A stretch of DNA of 64,000 bases from Candidatus Devosia phytovorans (GCA_029202405.1 CP119312.1:4070569-4134568), one strand, 5' to 3'; counted from the stretch's first letter, positions 29,226-40,046 are shown. Notes: generated by a model not told the origin, from the letters alone. Translations and numbers: made by a program.

Positions 29226-30737
29226 ATGCGCCGCGACCCGATCCTGTCGTCCATTCTCATCGGCTATCAGCGCGTGGCCGTGGTCGTCGGCATCCTTGTC
29301 GGCGCCAGCATTGTGGTTCGCCTGCTTGTCCTTTTCGATCTGCTCGATGCCAATGCGCTGGCCGTTGTGCCCGCGGGCACGATCGTCACCGGCCTGCTTA
29401 TGCTGTCGGTCCTGGTCTATGGTCACTTCTGGCTGTCGCGTCGGCTGAAACTGATTGCGGAGGAAACCCGGCTGGCGCGCAAAACGGCCGATTGCGACGC
29501 GCTGACCGGCGTGTTCAACCGCGCCTCGTTTCTCGATGCGCTGGCCGACGACGTGTTCCATGGTTCGGAACGGGCTGTTGGCTATATGCAGATCGACATG
29601 GACAATCTCAAAGTGCTCAACGACAGCGCGGGCCATGCCGCCGGCGATGCGGCGCTGATCCATCTGGTGCGCACCATCAAGCAGGTGATCCCTGGCGGCG
29701 TGCTGGGGCGCCTGGGTGGCGACGAGTTCGGCGTCATCATCGTCGGGCACGACAACAAGCCGGCGATGCGTCGGCTGGGTGAGGAATTGCTGCGCCAGTT
29801 GGGCCGGCCGATCAGTATTGCCGGGCGCCCGGTGCGCCTCTCCGCATCGATCGGCGTGGCTATGTCACCCCTCGATGCGGTCGACCCGACCGACCTGATT
29901 TCCAAGGCGGACCTGGCGCTCTACAAGGGCAAAAGGGCCGGTCGACACCAGGTCATGACCTTTGAAGCGGACATGATGGGCGACGAGCGTCATCGTCGTT
30001 TCGTCGAGCGCGAGTTGCGCGCGGCCCTGCTGATGAACGAGCTGGAATTGCATTACCAGCCCGTGTTCAGCAGCGACATGTCGATCCGCTCACACGAGGC
30101 GCTGGTGCGCTGGCGCCATCAGGTGCGCGGCATGATTCCGCCGGCGCAATTCGTGCCGATCGCCGAAGAGAGTGACCTGATCGACAAGCTCGGCGATTGG
30201 GTGCTGCGGCGTGCCTGCGCCGACCTGCCCGCTCTCGGCGGCAGCCCGGTAGCCGTCAATGTGTCGCCAACCCAGTTACGGCACAATGATTTTGCCGCGC
30301 GCTTCGCTGCAACCCTGCAGGAGCTTGAGGCCGATCCTCGCCTGTTGATCGTCGAGATCACCGAAACTGTGCCGCTTACCGCAAAGGCGGTGGAACTGGC
30401 CAATATCAAGGCGCTGCGCGCCATGGGTGTGCGCATTGCCATTGACGATTTCGGGGCTGGTCATGCCAGCCTGCAATATCTGCGCAGCTTTGCTTTCGAC
30501 ATCATCAAAATCGATCGCTCCTATGTCGCCAATATGGACGACAACCGGGTCGACGGCATGATCATCTCGGCCATCTGCGATATCGCCCGATCCCTGCCGG
30601 TCGATGTGATTGCCGAAGGCATCGAGACGCAGGAACAGCTGCGCCGGCTGCGTATTGCCGGCTGCAGCGGCTTCCAGGGCTATCTCCTAGGCCGTCCTGA
30701 GCCACTTTCCGCCTTCGAGGATGTCGCTGCAGCCTGA
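29226..30737 (+). CDS. membrane-anchored GGDEF-EAL c-di-GMP enzyme
   Basis: 2 TMs; DALTG, RLGGDEF; EALVRW, VNVS, IDDFG, KIDRS, EGIE. Confidence 0.93.
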   Translation: MRRDPILSSILIGYQRVAVVVGILVGASIVVRLLVLFDLLDANALAVVPAGTIVTGLLMLSVLVYGHFWLSRRLKLIAEETRLARKTADCDALTGVFNRASFLDALADDVFHGSERAVGYMQIDMDNLKVLNDSAGHAAGDAALIHLVRTIKQVIPGGVLGRLGGDEFGVIIVGHDNKPAMRRLGEELLRQLGRPISIAGRPVRLSASIGVAMSPLDAVDPTDLISKADLALYKGKRAGRHQVMTFEADMMGDERHRRFVERELRAALLMNELELHYQPVFSSDMSIRSHEALVRWRHQVRGMIPPAQFVPIAEESDLIDKLGDWVLRRACADLPALGGSPVAVNVSPTQLRHNDFAARFAATLQELEADPRLLIVEITETVPLTAKAVELANIKALRAMGVRIAIDDFGAGHASLQYLRSFAFDIIKIDRSYVANMDDNRVDGMIISAICDIARSLPVDVIAEGIETQEQLRRLRIAGCSGFQGYLLGRPEPLSAFEDVAAA

Positions 30738-30835
30738 CAGGCTGGTGACAGCTAGTCTTCCGTCCTAGTTGCATCAGGCATGGCCCGGTGGATATAAGAA
30801 CCGGGGAGCCCTATCGTGGCAGCGGGAGTAGTGCC

Positions 30836-31252
30836 TTGGATTTGAAGCGGATCAACGAACACGTCAGCGTATCGGGACAAATTCAACCCGAGGACGTCGC
30901 CGCGATCAAACAGGCCGGATTTACCGCAATCATCAACAACCGCCCCGATGGCGAATCGCCGGATCAACCGGCCGGTGCCGAAATAGAAGCGGCCGCAAAG
31001 GCTGCCGGTCTTGATTACTATGCCATCCCGCTTGGGCGTGAAGGCGTCAGTTCCGACATGGTCGAACAGACCAAGGCCGCGCTCGAGGGGAGCACGGGTC
31101 CGGTGTTTTGCTATTGCCGGTCGGGCACGCGTTCGACAACGCTCTGGGCCCTGAGCCAGGCGGGTGAAATGGATGCCGGGGAGATCATCTCGCAGGCGGC
31201 GGAAGCCGGCTATGACATGAGCCATCTCGCCGGCCATCTCAGCCGCAACTAG
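30836..31252 (+). CDS. TIGR01244/DUF442 phosphatase-like (sulfur transferase) protein
   Basis: TTG start after GGGAG; IINNRPDGE, FCYCRSGTRS. Confidence 0.88.
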   Translation: MDLKRINEHVSVSGQIQPEDVAAIKQAGFTAIINNRPDGESPDQPAGAEIEAAAKAAGLDYYAIPLGREGVSSDMVEQTKAALEGSTGPVFCYCRSGTRSTTLWALSQAGEMDAGEIISQAAEAGYDMSHLAGHLSRN

Positions 31253-31351
31253 ATTTTGCAATTCGGCGGTTGGGCGGTTCAACCGTCCCATCCGTTCATG
31301 ACCACCTGAGCCGGACCCGCAAAACGGGTCTTCAGCCCCTCCTGCTCGGAC

Positions 31352-34300
31352 ATGCAATCGATGCCAATCAAGAAAATCCTCGTCGCCAACCGCAGCGAAA
31401 TCGCCATCCGCGTGTTTCGCGCCGCCAATGAACTGGGTCTGAAAACCGTCGCGGCCTATGCCGAAGAAGACAAGCTGGCGCTGCATCGCTTCAAGGCCGA
31501 CGAGGCCTATCTGATTGGCAAGGGCAAGGGGCCGGTCGAAGCTTACCTGCAGATCGACGAATATATCCGCATCGCCCGCATCTCGGGCGCCGATGCGATC
31601 CATCCCGGCTATGGCCTGCTGTCGGAATCGCCCGAATTCGTCGATGCCTGCGAGGATGCAGGGATCATCTTTATCGGCCCGCGCGCCCAGACCATGCGCG
31701 ACCTTGGCAACAAGGTTGCTGCGCGCAACATGGCCATCGCGTCCAATGTGCCGGTCGTGCCGGCAACCGAAGCGCTGCCCGATGATCCCGAGGCAATCAA
31801 GAAGCTGGCAGCCGAGATCGGCTATCCGCTGATGCTGAAGGCCTCCTGGGGCGGTGGCGGGCGCGGCATGCGCCGCATCATGGATGAAAAGACGCTGCTC
31901 TCGGAAGTCAGCGAAGGCAAGCGCGAAGCCAAGGCCGCCTTCGGCAAGGACGAGATGTATCTTGAAAAGCTGATCGAGCGCGCCCGCCATGTGGAAGTGC
32001 AGCTGATCGGCGACGATCATGGCAATTTGGTGCATCTGTTCGAGCGCGACTGTTCGGTGCAGCGTCGCAACCAGAAGGTGGTCGAGCGCGCTCCCGCGCC
32101 CTATCTCGACGACAGCGTGCGCAAGGAACTGACCGACGCTGCCGTGCGGCTTGGCAATGCCGCCAGCTATCGCGGCGCGGGCACTGTCGAATTCCTGATG
32201 GATGCCGATACCGACAAGTTTTACTTCATCGAAGTGAACCCGCGCATTCAGGTGGAACATACCGTCACCGAGGAGGTGACGGGGATCGACATCGTCAAGG
32301 CGCAGATCCATCTGCTCGACGGCGCCGTGATCGGTACGCCTGAATCGGGTGTGCCTCTGCAGGACAATATCAAGCTCAACGGCAATGCCATCCAGTGCCG
32401 CGTGACGACGGAAGACCCCGAGCATAACTTCATTCCCGACTATGGCCGCATCACCGCCTACCGCGGTGCTACGGGCTTTGGCGTGCGCCTCGATGGCGGC
32501 ACGGCCTATGCCGGTGCGGTGATCACGCGCTTCTACGATCCGCTGCTGGAGAAGGTCACCTGTTGGGCGCCGAGCGCCGAGGAAGCCATTGCCCGCATGC
32601 ATCGCGCGCTGCGCGAGTTCCGCATCCGCGGGGTCTCGACCAATCTGGCGTTCCTCGAGAACATCATCACTCACCCGGACTTTGTCGAGAACCGCTACAC
32701 GACGCGTTTCATCGACACGACGCCGGAACTGTTCAACTTCAAGCCGCGCAAGGACCGTGCGACAAAACTGTTGAGCTATATTGCCGACGTGACCGTCAAC
32801 GGCCATCCGGAAGTGCGCGACCGGCCGCGGCCGCCGGCCGAAGCTGCGGCGCCTGTCGTGCCGGAATTCCCGGCGCTCAGCGTCGTCGAGGGCAGCCGGC
32901 AGATTCTCGACCGCGAGGGTCCGGCAGGCCTCGCCAGGTGGATGAAGAAGCAGTCGCGCGTGCTGTTCACCGACACGACGATGCGCGATGCGCATCAGTC
33001 GCTGCTGGCGACGCGCATGCGGTCCTATGACATCACCCGCATTGCCCAGGCCTATAGCCGCGGCCTGCCGAACCTCTTCTCGCTTGAATGCTGGGGCGGG
33101 GCGACCTTTGACGTCTCCATGCGCTTCCTCAACGAGGATCCGTGGGAGCGTTTGGCCAAGGTGCGCGAAGGCGCGCCCAATATCCTGACGCAGATGCTGC
33201 TGCGCGGCAGCAACGGCGTCGGCTACACCAATTATGCCGACAATGTCGTCAAGTTCTTCGTCAAGCAGGCCGCGGCCGGCGGCGTCGACGTGTTCCGCGT
33301 CTTCGACTGCCTCAACTGGGTCGAGAACATGCGCGTCTCGCTCGACGCCGTGCTCGAAGAGGGCAAGGTCGCCGAGGGCGTCATCTGCTATACCGGCGAT
33401 CTCTTCGATCCCGATCGCTCCAAATATGATCTCAAATATTACGTCGGTCTGGCCCAGGAGCTGGAAAAGGCCGGGGCGCATGTGCTGGGTCTCAAGGATA
33501 TGGCGGGTCTGCTGAAGCCTGCCGCGGCCAAAAAACTCATCTCGACGCTGCGCAACGAAACAAACCTGCCGTTACACCTGCACACTCACGATACCTCGGG
33601 CGCTGCGGCGGCGACGGTGCTGGCTGCGGTGGATGCTGGTGTCGATGCCGTCGACGCGGCCATGGATGCCCTCTCGGGCACGACCTCGCAGCCAACGCTT
33701 GGTTCGATCGTCGCGGCTCTGGCCGGTGGCGAGCGCGATCCGCAGCTCGACGCCAAGGCGATCCGTCAGATCTCCTTCTATTGGGAAGCCGTGCGCACGC
33801 AGTACCGCGCCTTCGAGAGCGATCTCAAGGGCGGTGCGTCGGAAGTCTATCTGCACGAAATGCCGGGCGGGCAGTTCACCAATCTCAAGGAACAGGCGCG
33901 CTCGCTCGGTCTTGAAACGCGCTGGCACGAAGTCGCCCAGACCTATGCCGACGTCAACCAGATGTTCGGCGATATCGTCAAGGTGACGCCCTCGTCCAAG
34001 GTCGTCGGTGACATGGCGCTGGCGATGGTCTCGGCCGGGCTGACCCGTTCAGACGTCGAAGACCCGAAGCGCGACATCGCCTTCCCCGATTCCGTCGTCG
34101 GCTTCTTTGCCGGTGACCTCGGCCAGCCGCCGGGTGGCTTCCCCGAAGCGCTGCAGAAAAAAGTGCTGAAGGGGCGGACGCCGCTGACCGAACGGCCCGG
34201 TTCCTACCTGCCGGCCGTCGATCTCGAGGAGGAACGCAAGAAGTCGTCGAGCATGCTTGGGCATGAGGTCGACGATTTCCGGCTGGCCAGCCATCTCATG

Positions 34301-34801
34301 TATCCCAAGGTCTATGCCGACTTCGAAAAGACGCAGGAGCGCTACGGCCCGACCGAAGTGCTTCCCACGCCTGTGTATTTCTACGGGCTGGAAGAGGGCG
34401 ACGAGCTTTTGGTCGATATCGAGAAGGGCAAGACGTTGGTCGTCACCTATCTCGGCCGCGCCCCGACCAATGAAAAGGGCGAAGTCCGAGTCTTTTTCGA
34501 TCTAAATGGCCAACCCCGCACAATAATTGTCCCCGACCGCCTGAAGGCGGGCGAGGTCAAACTGCGCGCCAAGGCCGTGCCGGGCGATGCCAAACAGGTC
34601 GGCGCACCTATGCCGGGCGTCATCTCGACCCTCGCCGTCAAGCAGGGCCAAAGTGTTCAGGCTGGTGATGTTTTGTGCTCGATCGAAGCCATGAAGATGG
34701 AAACTGCCATCCATGCCGAGGTCGATGGCGTGGTGGCGGAACTGCTGATCAAGCCCGGCGACCAGATCGACGCCAAGGACCTGCTGGTCCGACTGGAATA
34801 G
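31352..34801 (+). CDS. pyc: pyruvate carboxylase
   Basis: Biotin carboxylase (VANRSEIA, RDCSVQRR), carboxyltransferase (DTTMRDAHQS, HLHTHD), EAMKM biotinyl site. Confidence 0.98.
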   Translation: MQSMPIKKILVANRSEIAIRVFRAANELGLKTVAAYAEEDKLALHRFKADEAYLIGKGKGPVEAYLQIDEYIRIARISGADAIHPGYGLLSESPEFVDACEDAGIIFIGPRAQTMRDLGNKVAARNMAIASNVPVVPATEALPDDPEAIKKLAAEIGYPLMLKASWGGGGRGMRRIMDEKTLLSEVSEGKREAKAAFGKDEMYLEKLIERARHVEVQLIGDDHGNLVHLFERDCSVQRRNQKVVERAPAPYLDDSVRKELTDAAVRLGNAASYRGAGTVEFLMDADTDKFYFIEVNPRIQVEHTVTEEVTGIDIVKAQIHLLDGAVIGTPESGVPLQDNIKLNGNAIQCRVTTEDPEHNFIPDYGRITAYRGATGFGVRLDGGTAYAGAVITRFYDPLLEKVTCWAPSAEEAIARMHRALREFRIRGVSTNLAFLENIITHPDFVENRYTTRFIDTTPELFNFKPRKDRATKLLSYIADVTVNGHPEVRDRPRPPAEAAAPVVPEFPALSVVEGSRQILDREGPAGLARWMKKQSRVLFTDTTMRDAHQSLLATRMRSYDITRIAQAYSRGLPNLFSLECWGGATFDVSMRFLNEDPWERLAKVREGAPNILTQMLLRGSNGVGYTNYADNVVKFFVKQAAAGGVDVFRVFDCLNWVENMRVSLDAVLEEGKVAEGVICYTGDLFDPDRSKYDLKYYVGLAQELEKAGAHVLGLKDMAGLLKPAAAKKLISTLRNETNLPLHLHTHDTSGAAAATVLAAVDAGVDAVDAAMDALSGTTSQPTLGSIVAALAGGERDPQLDAKAIRQISFYWEAVRTQYRAFESDLKGGASEVYLHEMPGGQFTNLKEQARSLGLETRWHEVAQTYADVNQMFGDIVKVTPSSKVVGDMALAMVSAGLTRSDVEDPKRDIAFPDSVVGFFAGDLGQPPGGFPEALQKKVLKGRTPLTERPGSYLPAVDLEEERKKSSSMLGHEVDDFRLASHLMYPKVYADFEKTQERYGPTEVLPTPVYFYGLEEGDELLVDIEKGKTLVVTYLGRAPTNEKGEVRVFFDLNGQPRTIIVPDRLKAGEVKLRAKAVPGDAKQVGAPMPGVISTLAVKQGQSVQAGDVLCSIEAMKMETAIHAEVDGVVAELLIKPGDQIDAKDLLVRLE

Positions 34802-34802
34802 C

Positions 34803-34830
34803 AAAATGGCCCGGGAAACTGGGCCTTTTT
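34803..34830. terminator. terminator after pyc
   Basis: GGCCCGG-GAAA-CTGGGCC flanked by A- and T-runs. Confidence 0.75.
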
Positions 34831-34835
34831 ACGTG

Positions 34836-35138
34836 TCAGACGCGGCGGGCGCGGCCATTGATGGTCTGGCCATTGCGCTCGCGCATGTCGGCCTTGACCG
34901 GAATGGGCAAGCGGGAAACGATCCAGCTGACCATCATCGGCACCAGCACGATATCGTCGATCCAGCCCGCGAGCGGAATGAAATCGGGGATGATGTCGAT
35001 CGGATTGACCAGGTAGAAGGCGACGAACAGCGTCGCGGCCTTGAGCAGGATCGGCGTTTCGGGCGCGAAGAATGCCTTCCAGAGCTGGACGACTTCTTTG
35101 CGGAAGAGGACGAGGCGGGGGAGGAGCATCTTGAACAT
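34836..35138 (-). CDS. YkvA/DUF1232 family membrane protein
   Basis: YLVNPIDIIPDFIPLAGWIDD. Confidence 0.9.
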   Translation of the reverse strand: MFKMLLPRLVLFRKEVVQLWKAFFAPETPILLKAATLFVAFYLVNPIDIIPDFIPLAGWIDDIVLVPMMVSWIVSRLPIPVKADMRERNGQTINGRARRV

Positions 35139-35254
35139 TCTTGTTAAATGGTTCGTGGCGCCGAAGGTTCAAGACCCATGTGATCACGCAAGCGTAACAT
35201 TGCTCTTGTAGCCTCGAAGGCTTATCTCTCCCCTCAGGTTTGACGAGGTGTTTC

Positions 35255-36496
35255 ATGGCGGGTCCGGCGGCACGCAGGCATTCGGTTGGAGTTCAGGTCG
35301 GCGGCGTGATGGTCGGCGGCGGCGCGCCCGTGGTCGTGCAATCGATGACCAATACCGACACGGCCGATATCGACGCGACGGTCAAGCAGGTGATGCAACT
35401 GGCGCGGGCCGGCTCGGAAATCGTCCGCATTACGGTCGATCGCGACGAATCCGCAGCGGCCGTGCCTGTTATCCGCGATCGCCTGAGCTTCATGGGCTAT
35501 GACGTGCCGCTGGTGGGGGACTTCCACTACATCGGCCACAAGCTGCTCACCGATCACCCAGCCTGCGCCGAGGCTTTGGCCAAATACCGCATCAATCCGG
35601 GCAATGTCGGCTTCAAGGCCAAGCGCGATACACAGTTTTCGACGCTGATCGACATCGCCAATCGCTACAACAAGCCGGTGCGCATCGGGGTGAACTGGGG
35701 CTCGCTCGATGAGGAATTGCTTACCAGGCTGATGGACGAAAATGCCGCGTCCGAGACGCCGATCTCGGCTGCCGCCGTGCAGCGCGAGGCCATCATCCAG
35801 TCGGCACTACTTTCGGCCCGTCGCGCCGAAGACCTCGGCATGGGGCGCGACCGGATCATTCTGTCGACCAAGGTCTCTGATGTCCAACATCTGATCTCGG
35901 TCTACGAAGACCTTGCTGCACGCTGCGACTATGCGCTGCATCTGGGGCTGACCGAAGCGGGCATGGGCACCAAGGGCGTGGTCGCTTCGTCGGCGGCGCT
36001 GGGGATCCTGCTGCAGCAGGGTATCGGCGATACGATCCGCATTTCGCTGACGCCAGAGCCGGGTGGCGATCGCACCACCGAGGTCAGGGTGGCGCAGGAA
36101 TTGTTGCAGACCATGGGTTTCCGCCAGTTCCTGCCGGTCGTCGCGGCCTGCCCGGGCTGCGGTCGCACCACCTCGACCACATTCCAGACGCTGGCCAAGG
36201 ACATCCAGGATCACCTTAATGTCTCCATGCCGGAATGGCGCGAACGCTATCCGGGCGTCGAAACGCTGACGGTGGCGGTGATGGGCTGCGTGGTCAACGG
36301 ACCGGGGGAGAGCAAGCATGCCAATATCGGCATTTCCCTGCCCGGCACAGGTGAAACACCCGCGGCCCCGGTGTTTGTCGATGGCGAAAAGGTCGTCACC
36401 CTGCGCGGCGCCGATGTGGCGGATCAGTTCAAGGTGATGGTGGCCGACTATATCGAGCGCAAGTTCGGTCAGGGCCAGAAGACGGCTGCGGAATGA
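35255..36496 (+). CDS. ispG: (E)-4-hydroxy-3-methylbut-2-enyl-diphosphate synthase
   Basis: [37 protein letters not shown]. Confidence 0.97.
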   Translation: MAGPAARRHSVGVQVGGVMVGGGAPVVVQSMTNTDTADIDATVKQVMQLARAGSEIVRITVDRDESAAAVPVIRDRLSFMGYDVPLVGDFHYIGHKLLTDHPACAEALAKYRINPGNVGFKAKRDTQFSTLIDIANRYNKPVRIGVNWGSLDEELLTRLMDENAASETPISAAAVQREAIIQSALLSARRAEDLGMGRDRIILSTKVSDVQHLISVYEDLAARCDYALHLGLTEAGMGTKGVVASSAALGILLQQGIGDTIRISLTPEPGGDRTTEVRVAQELLQTMGFRQFLPVVAACPGCGRTTSTTFQTLAKDIQDHLNVSMPEWRERYPGVETLTVAVMGCVVNGPGESKHANIGISLPGTGETPAAPVFVDGEKVVTLRGADVADQFKVMVADYIERKFGQGQKTAAE

Positions 36497-36630
36497 GCGA
36501 CCCCGACCGGGACGACGACTATCGCCCGCGCACATTTCTCCAGGTGCTCTACGGCAATCCGCGGCGCTGGATCTATATCGGCCTGCTCATTGTGGTGCTG
36601 CTTATCCTGCGCTGGACCGGCAACCTCTAG
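36493..36630 (+). CDS. 45-aa single-TM small protein (not in ORF track)
   Basis: ATGA overlap with ispG stop; [45 protein letters not shown]; fills the gap to the convergent gene. Confidence 0.6.
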   Translation: MSDPDRDDDYRPRTFLQVLYGNPRRWIYIGLLIVVLLILRWTGNL

Positions 36631-37100
36631 GCTGCTTCTGGCGGGATGCAGGCATCGACCCATTTGTTGCCGCAGAGCTCGGCCAGGCGTTCGACGCTGA
36701 GCCGGACCGAGGCATGGGTATCGCCGCCGGCTGGGATCATCACGTCATAGACCTTGATGGAAACGTCGAGATAGATCGGCAAGGGTGCGGGCAGGCCAAA
36801 GGGGCAGACGCCGCCGACCGGGTGGCTGGTCAGGCGCAACACATCGTCGGAACCCAGCATGCGCGGGCGCCCGCCAAAGGCGGTCTTGGATTTCTGGTTG
36901 TCCAGCCGGGCATTACCGCGCGTCACTAGCAGGAATTCCTCGTCCTTGACGCGGATGCAGAGGGTCTTGGCGATCTGGCCGGGCTCGACGCCATGCACGG
37001 CGGCGGCGAGGTCCACAGTGGCGGTGGAATTATCGGTGACTTCGACAACGAGATCAGGTGCGCGGGCGGCCAGATCGGCCTGTACGGAGGCAAGGGACAA
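36627..37100 (-). CDS. YbaK/EbsC family aminoacyl-tRNA deacylase
   Basis: TTG start; QIAKTL, HPVGGVCPFG, PAGG. Confidence 0.9.
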   Translation of the reverse strand: MSLASVQADLAARAPDLVVEVTDNSTATVDLAAAVHGVEPGQIAKTLCIRVKDEEFLLVTRGNARLDNQKSKTAFGGRPRMLGSDDVLRLTSHPVGGVCPFGLPAPLPIYLDVSIKVYDVMIPAGGDTHASVRLSVERLAELCGNKWVDACIPPEAA

Positions 37101-37110
37101 GAGATTTCCT

Positions 37111-37743
37111 TCAGAACAGGCTGGCGAGTTTGTCTTCGTAGTCGGCACGCATCTTGTAGTGGACGGGCGCCGTCAGGGCGCGGCGCATGAAGTCGGGGTC
37201 GAGCTGGCGCTTGCCGTCGAGCGCCATCAGCTCAGCAACGGTGATGCGCGCGCCCTGATAGGGTGTGACCGTCACGTCCATGCCGGTTTCGACAGTGCCT
37301 GGAATTATGACGCGGCAGTAGGCGCCTGGGCGGCCCGCGCGGTGGAAGCGCTTGACGAAGCCTCGGTCACCCATCTGGGCGGCAAAGGTCATGCAGGGTG
37401 TGCGGTGCGAGGTGACTTCCATCACGACCGGACCGATGGTGAAGCGGTCGCCGACGGCAACGCGGCCGCCCTCAACACCTGAAATGGTCAGGTTGTCACC
37501 AAATGTGCCCGGCTCGATGCGGCGACCGAGTTCGTCAGCCCAGAACTGATAATCATCGGCGAAATAGATATAGATGGCTTGGTCGACACCGCCGTGATGC
37601 TTGCGGTCGCAGATGGCGTCATCCTTGATGCCCTGCGCATCGATCTCGGCGCTGGGCTGAGGGCGTTTCACAATGCCGGTGAGCGGTTTGTAGCCCTCGA
37701 TATGCTGGGCGGTACCGCGGTTGACGCTGAGCAGGTTGGCCAT
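37111..37743 (-). CDS. MOSC domain protein (YiiM-like)
   Basis: TGI.KRP, HHGGVDQA, FGDNLT, VTSHRTPC, GAYCRVI. Confidence 0.9.
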   Translation of the reverse strand: MANLLSVNRGTAQHIEGYKPLTGIVKRPQPSAEIDAQGIKDDAICDRKHHGGVDQAIYIYFADDYQFWADELGRRIEPGTFGDNLTISGVEGGRVAVGDRFTIGPVVMEVTSHRTPCMTFAAQMGDRGFVKRFHRAGRPGAYCRVIIPGTVETGMDVTVTPYQGARITVAELMALDGKRQLDPDFMRRALTAPVHYKMRADYEDKLASLF

Positions 37744-37744
37744 G

Positions 37745-38647
37745 TCAGTTCTCCCGGCTGGCGAAATATTTCGCCGTGGCGCGCAGACCGTCGGCCTTGG
37801 GGCCAAAGGTGCGCAGGGCGGACAATGCGTCATTGACGGTCTGGTTCAATCGGGCGCGGGCGCCATCGACGCCCAGCTGAGCGACCAGCGTCTGCTTGCC
37901 GGCGTGGGCATCCTTGCCGGTCGCCTTGCCCATGGCTTCGGTTGTAGCGGTTACGTCCAAGATGTCGTCGGCGAGCTGGAAGGCGCGGCCGGCGGCCTCG
38001 GCATAGGCGGTGACGACCGACAGGGCGCGCGGATCGGCGCCGCCCAGAATGGCGCCCATACGGACGCTGGCGCGGATCAGGGCGCCGGTCTTCATGGCCT
38101 GCATGGTGGAAATGTCGTCGCCCGAAAATCCGCCCTGCTCGCCCTCGATGTCGCGCATCTGCCCTCCGACCATGCCGCCCACGCCGGAGCCGGCGACCAG
38201 TTCGGCCACGAGGCGGATACGGGTGGATGCATCAGGGTGGCATTCGGGATCGGCCAAGAGGCCGAAGGCATGGGTGAGAAGGGCGTCGCCGGCGAGGATG
38301 GCGGTGGCTTCGTCATAGGCCCTGTGCACGGTGGGGCGGCCACGACGCAGGTCGTCGTTGTCCATGGCCGGCAGGTCGTCGTGAATCAGCGAATAGCAAT
38401 GCACCATTTCCACCGCCAGGCCTGCGGTCAGCGACTGGGCTGGTGGGACATGGAAAATGGCAGCAGCCTGGCGCACCAGCAGCGGGCGCAGGCGCTTGCC
38501 GCCTTCCAGCGCGCCGTGGCGCATAGCAGCCAATACGCGTTCCGCGGCAGGACCGGGGCCGGACAGGCGGCCGGCATCGAGATGCTGCGCCAATCCGGCT
38601 TCCACGGCGCGCGCGCAATCAGCGATGTCGGCGGCAAAATCATACAT
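37745..38647 (-). CDS. ispA: farnesyl/geranyl diphosphate synthase
   Basis: GGKRLRP, HDDLPAMDNDDLRRG, KTGAL, FQLADDILD. Confidence 0.94.
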   Translation of the reverse strand: MYDFAADIADCARAVEAGLAQHLDAGRLSGPGPAAERVLAAMRHGALEGGKRLRPLLVRQAAAIFHVPPAQSLTAGLAVEMVHCYSLIHDDLPAMDNDDLRRGRPTVHRAYDEATAILAGDALLTHAFGLLADPECHPDASTRIRLVAELVAGSGVGGMVGGQMRDIEGEQGGFSGDDISTMQAMKTGALIRASVRMGAILGGADPRALSVVTAYAEAAGRAFQLADDILDVTATTEAMGKATGKDAHAGKQTLVAQLGVDGARARLNQTVNDALSALRTFGPKADGLRATAKYFASREN

Positions 38648-38725
38648 GCCAGTGTGCTAGCCAATTGCAGGACGCGCGGCAAGCACAGCAACGTTTTCCT
38701 TAACCCGCCATGCTATTTGCCTCTC

Positions 38726-39436
38726 ATGGCGCGCAAGGCAAAAGGCATCTGGCGGATTCTCCGCCCTCTGGGTTTGATCATGGCAGCTCTGGTCGCCATC
38801 CCGGCCTTACTGACGCCGGTCTATCTCGTTGTCGATCCCGTCTCGGTGCCCATGCTGGAGCGCTATCTCACGGGGCGGCCGGTGGTGCGGGAATGGCGCG
38901 ATATCGGCGATATTTCGGACCGGCTCAAGGCTTCGTTGATCCTCTCCGAAGACGGGCAGTTCTGCCGCCATTGGGGCGTCGATTTCGGCGCGCTGCGCGA
39001 AGAGGTCGAGCGCTATATGGAGGGTGAGGACGCGCGGGGCGCGTCGACCATCACCATGCAGGTATCGCGCAACCTTTTCCTCTGGAACAGCCCCAGCGTC
39101 ATCCGTAAGGCGCTGGAAGTGCCGCTGGCGCTTTATGTCGATCTGGTTCTGCCCAAGCGCCGGATCATGGAGATCTATCTCAATATCGCCGAATGGGGTC
39201 CCGAGGGACAGTTCGGCGTTGGCGCCGGCGCACAACGGGCTTTCGGGGTTGAGCCACAAAATCTCGACTGGTACCGGGCGACGATGCTGGTGACAGCGTT
39301 GCCCAATCCCATGCTGCGCCAGCCGGGACGGCCATCACAAGGCATGCTTCGGATTGCCGGGATCATCGAAGGTCGCGTGATCGAATACGGGCAGCGCGCG
39401 GAATGCGTTGGCGAGAACGGGCGCCTGTCGCTGTGA
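38726..39436 (+). CDS. mtgA: monofunctional peptidoglycan transglycosylase
   Basis: SEDGQF, RGASTITMQVSRNLFLW, RIMEIYLN; N-terminal TM. Confidence 0.93.
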   Translation: MARKAKGIWRILRPLGLIMAALVAIPALLTPVYLVVDPVSVPMLERYLTGRPVVREWRDIGDISDRLKASLILSEDGQFCRHWGVDFGALREEVERYMEGEDARGASTITMQVSRNLFLWNSPSVIRKALEVPLALYVDLVLPKRRIMEIYLNIAEWGPEGQFGVGAGAQRAFGVEPQNLDWYRATMLVTALPNPMLRQPGRPSQGMLRIAGIIEGRVIEYGQRAECVGENGRLSL

Positions 39437-39448
39437 ACTGAGACGCGT

Positions 39449-39495
39449 TTTTCGGGCCGCAAAACCGGGAGCCACTTTTGCTGAAAACGCTTTAG
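39449..39495. repeat. short intergenic repeat, copy 1 (partial)
   Basis: TTTCGGGCCGCAAAACCGGGAGCCACTTTTGCTGAAAACGCTTTAG aligns with 52883-52929. Confidence 0.65.
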
Positions 39496-40046
39496 GCCGC
39501 TTCTTCCTGCGCCAGCAGATCAGCCAACGCCATCAACTGGCGGTCGCGGATGCCCAGGTCCTGCAGGTGGCGGGCCGTGTTGAGCACATAGTCCACGTTG
39601 CGACCGGAGAGGCCGATGCCGGCGCGGACCATGGCGAGTTGCTGGTCAAGATCGAGATTGCCGGCGAACTGTTCGTGGCGCTCGTCGACGAGAAAGGCGA
39701 GGGCGCTGACAGTCCGGCCATCGGCGAGGCGCACCGGGCGCATGACGTCGCGATAGACCGCCGTCACCTGCTCGCGCTCCTGCAGATAGGCAAAGGCATT
39801 GGCCCAGTTGGCTTCTGCCACCTCGAACACCATGCCGCGGCAGGAACCACCGCGGGTCAGGCCGAAAACTAGGCCTGGACGGTCCACCGTTCCGCGATGG
39901 TGGTGGGAGACAATGGAGAGGCTGCGGTGGGCGCCCTTGAGCAGGCCCTGCTGCGCCGAGACATAGGCGAAGCCGGGATTCCAGATGAGGGACCCGTAGC
40001 CGAAGACCCAATGAGTGCTTTTGCTGTGCGTATCTTGCATGGTCAT
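39492..40046 (-). CDS. chaC: ChaC-type gamma-glutamylcyclotransferase
   Basis: WVFGYGSLIWNPG, HRGT..RPGLV, YLQERE. Confidence 0.9.
   Translation of the reverse strand: MTMQDTHSKSTHWVFGYGSLIWNPGFAYVSAQQGLLKGAHRSLSIVSHHHRGTVDRPGLVFGLTRGGSCRGMVFEVAEANWANAFAYLQEREQVTAVYRDVMRPVRLADGRTVSALAFLVDERHEQFAGNLDLDQQLAMVRAGIGLSGRNVDYVLNTARHLQDLGIRDRQLMALADLLAQEEAA

Noticed and set aside
30752-33481. 909-aa minus-strand ORF and other long antisense ORFs (e.g. 1195-2448, 8166-9587, 22657-24141, 45818-47497, 59882-61078)
   Set aside because: They shadow well-supported genes on the opposite strand, which is expected in GC-rich coding DNA, and have no recognisable motifs
37721-38725. Long N-terminal extension of mtgA in the ORF track
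   Set aside because: It is antisense to ispA; the MtgA-like sequence starts at ATG 38726
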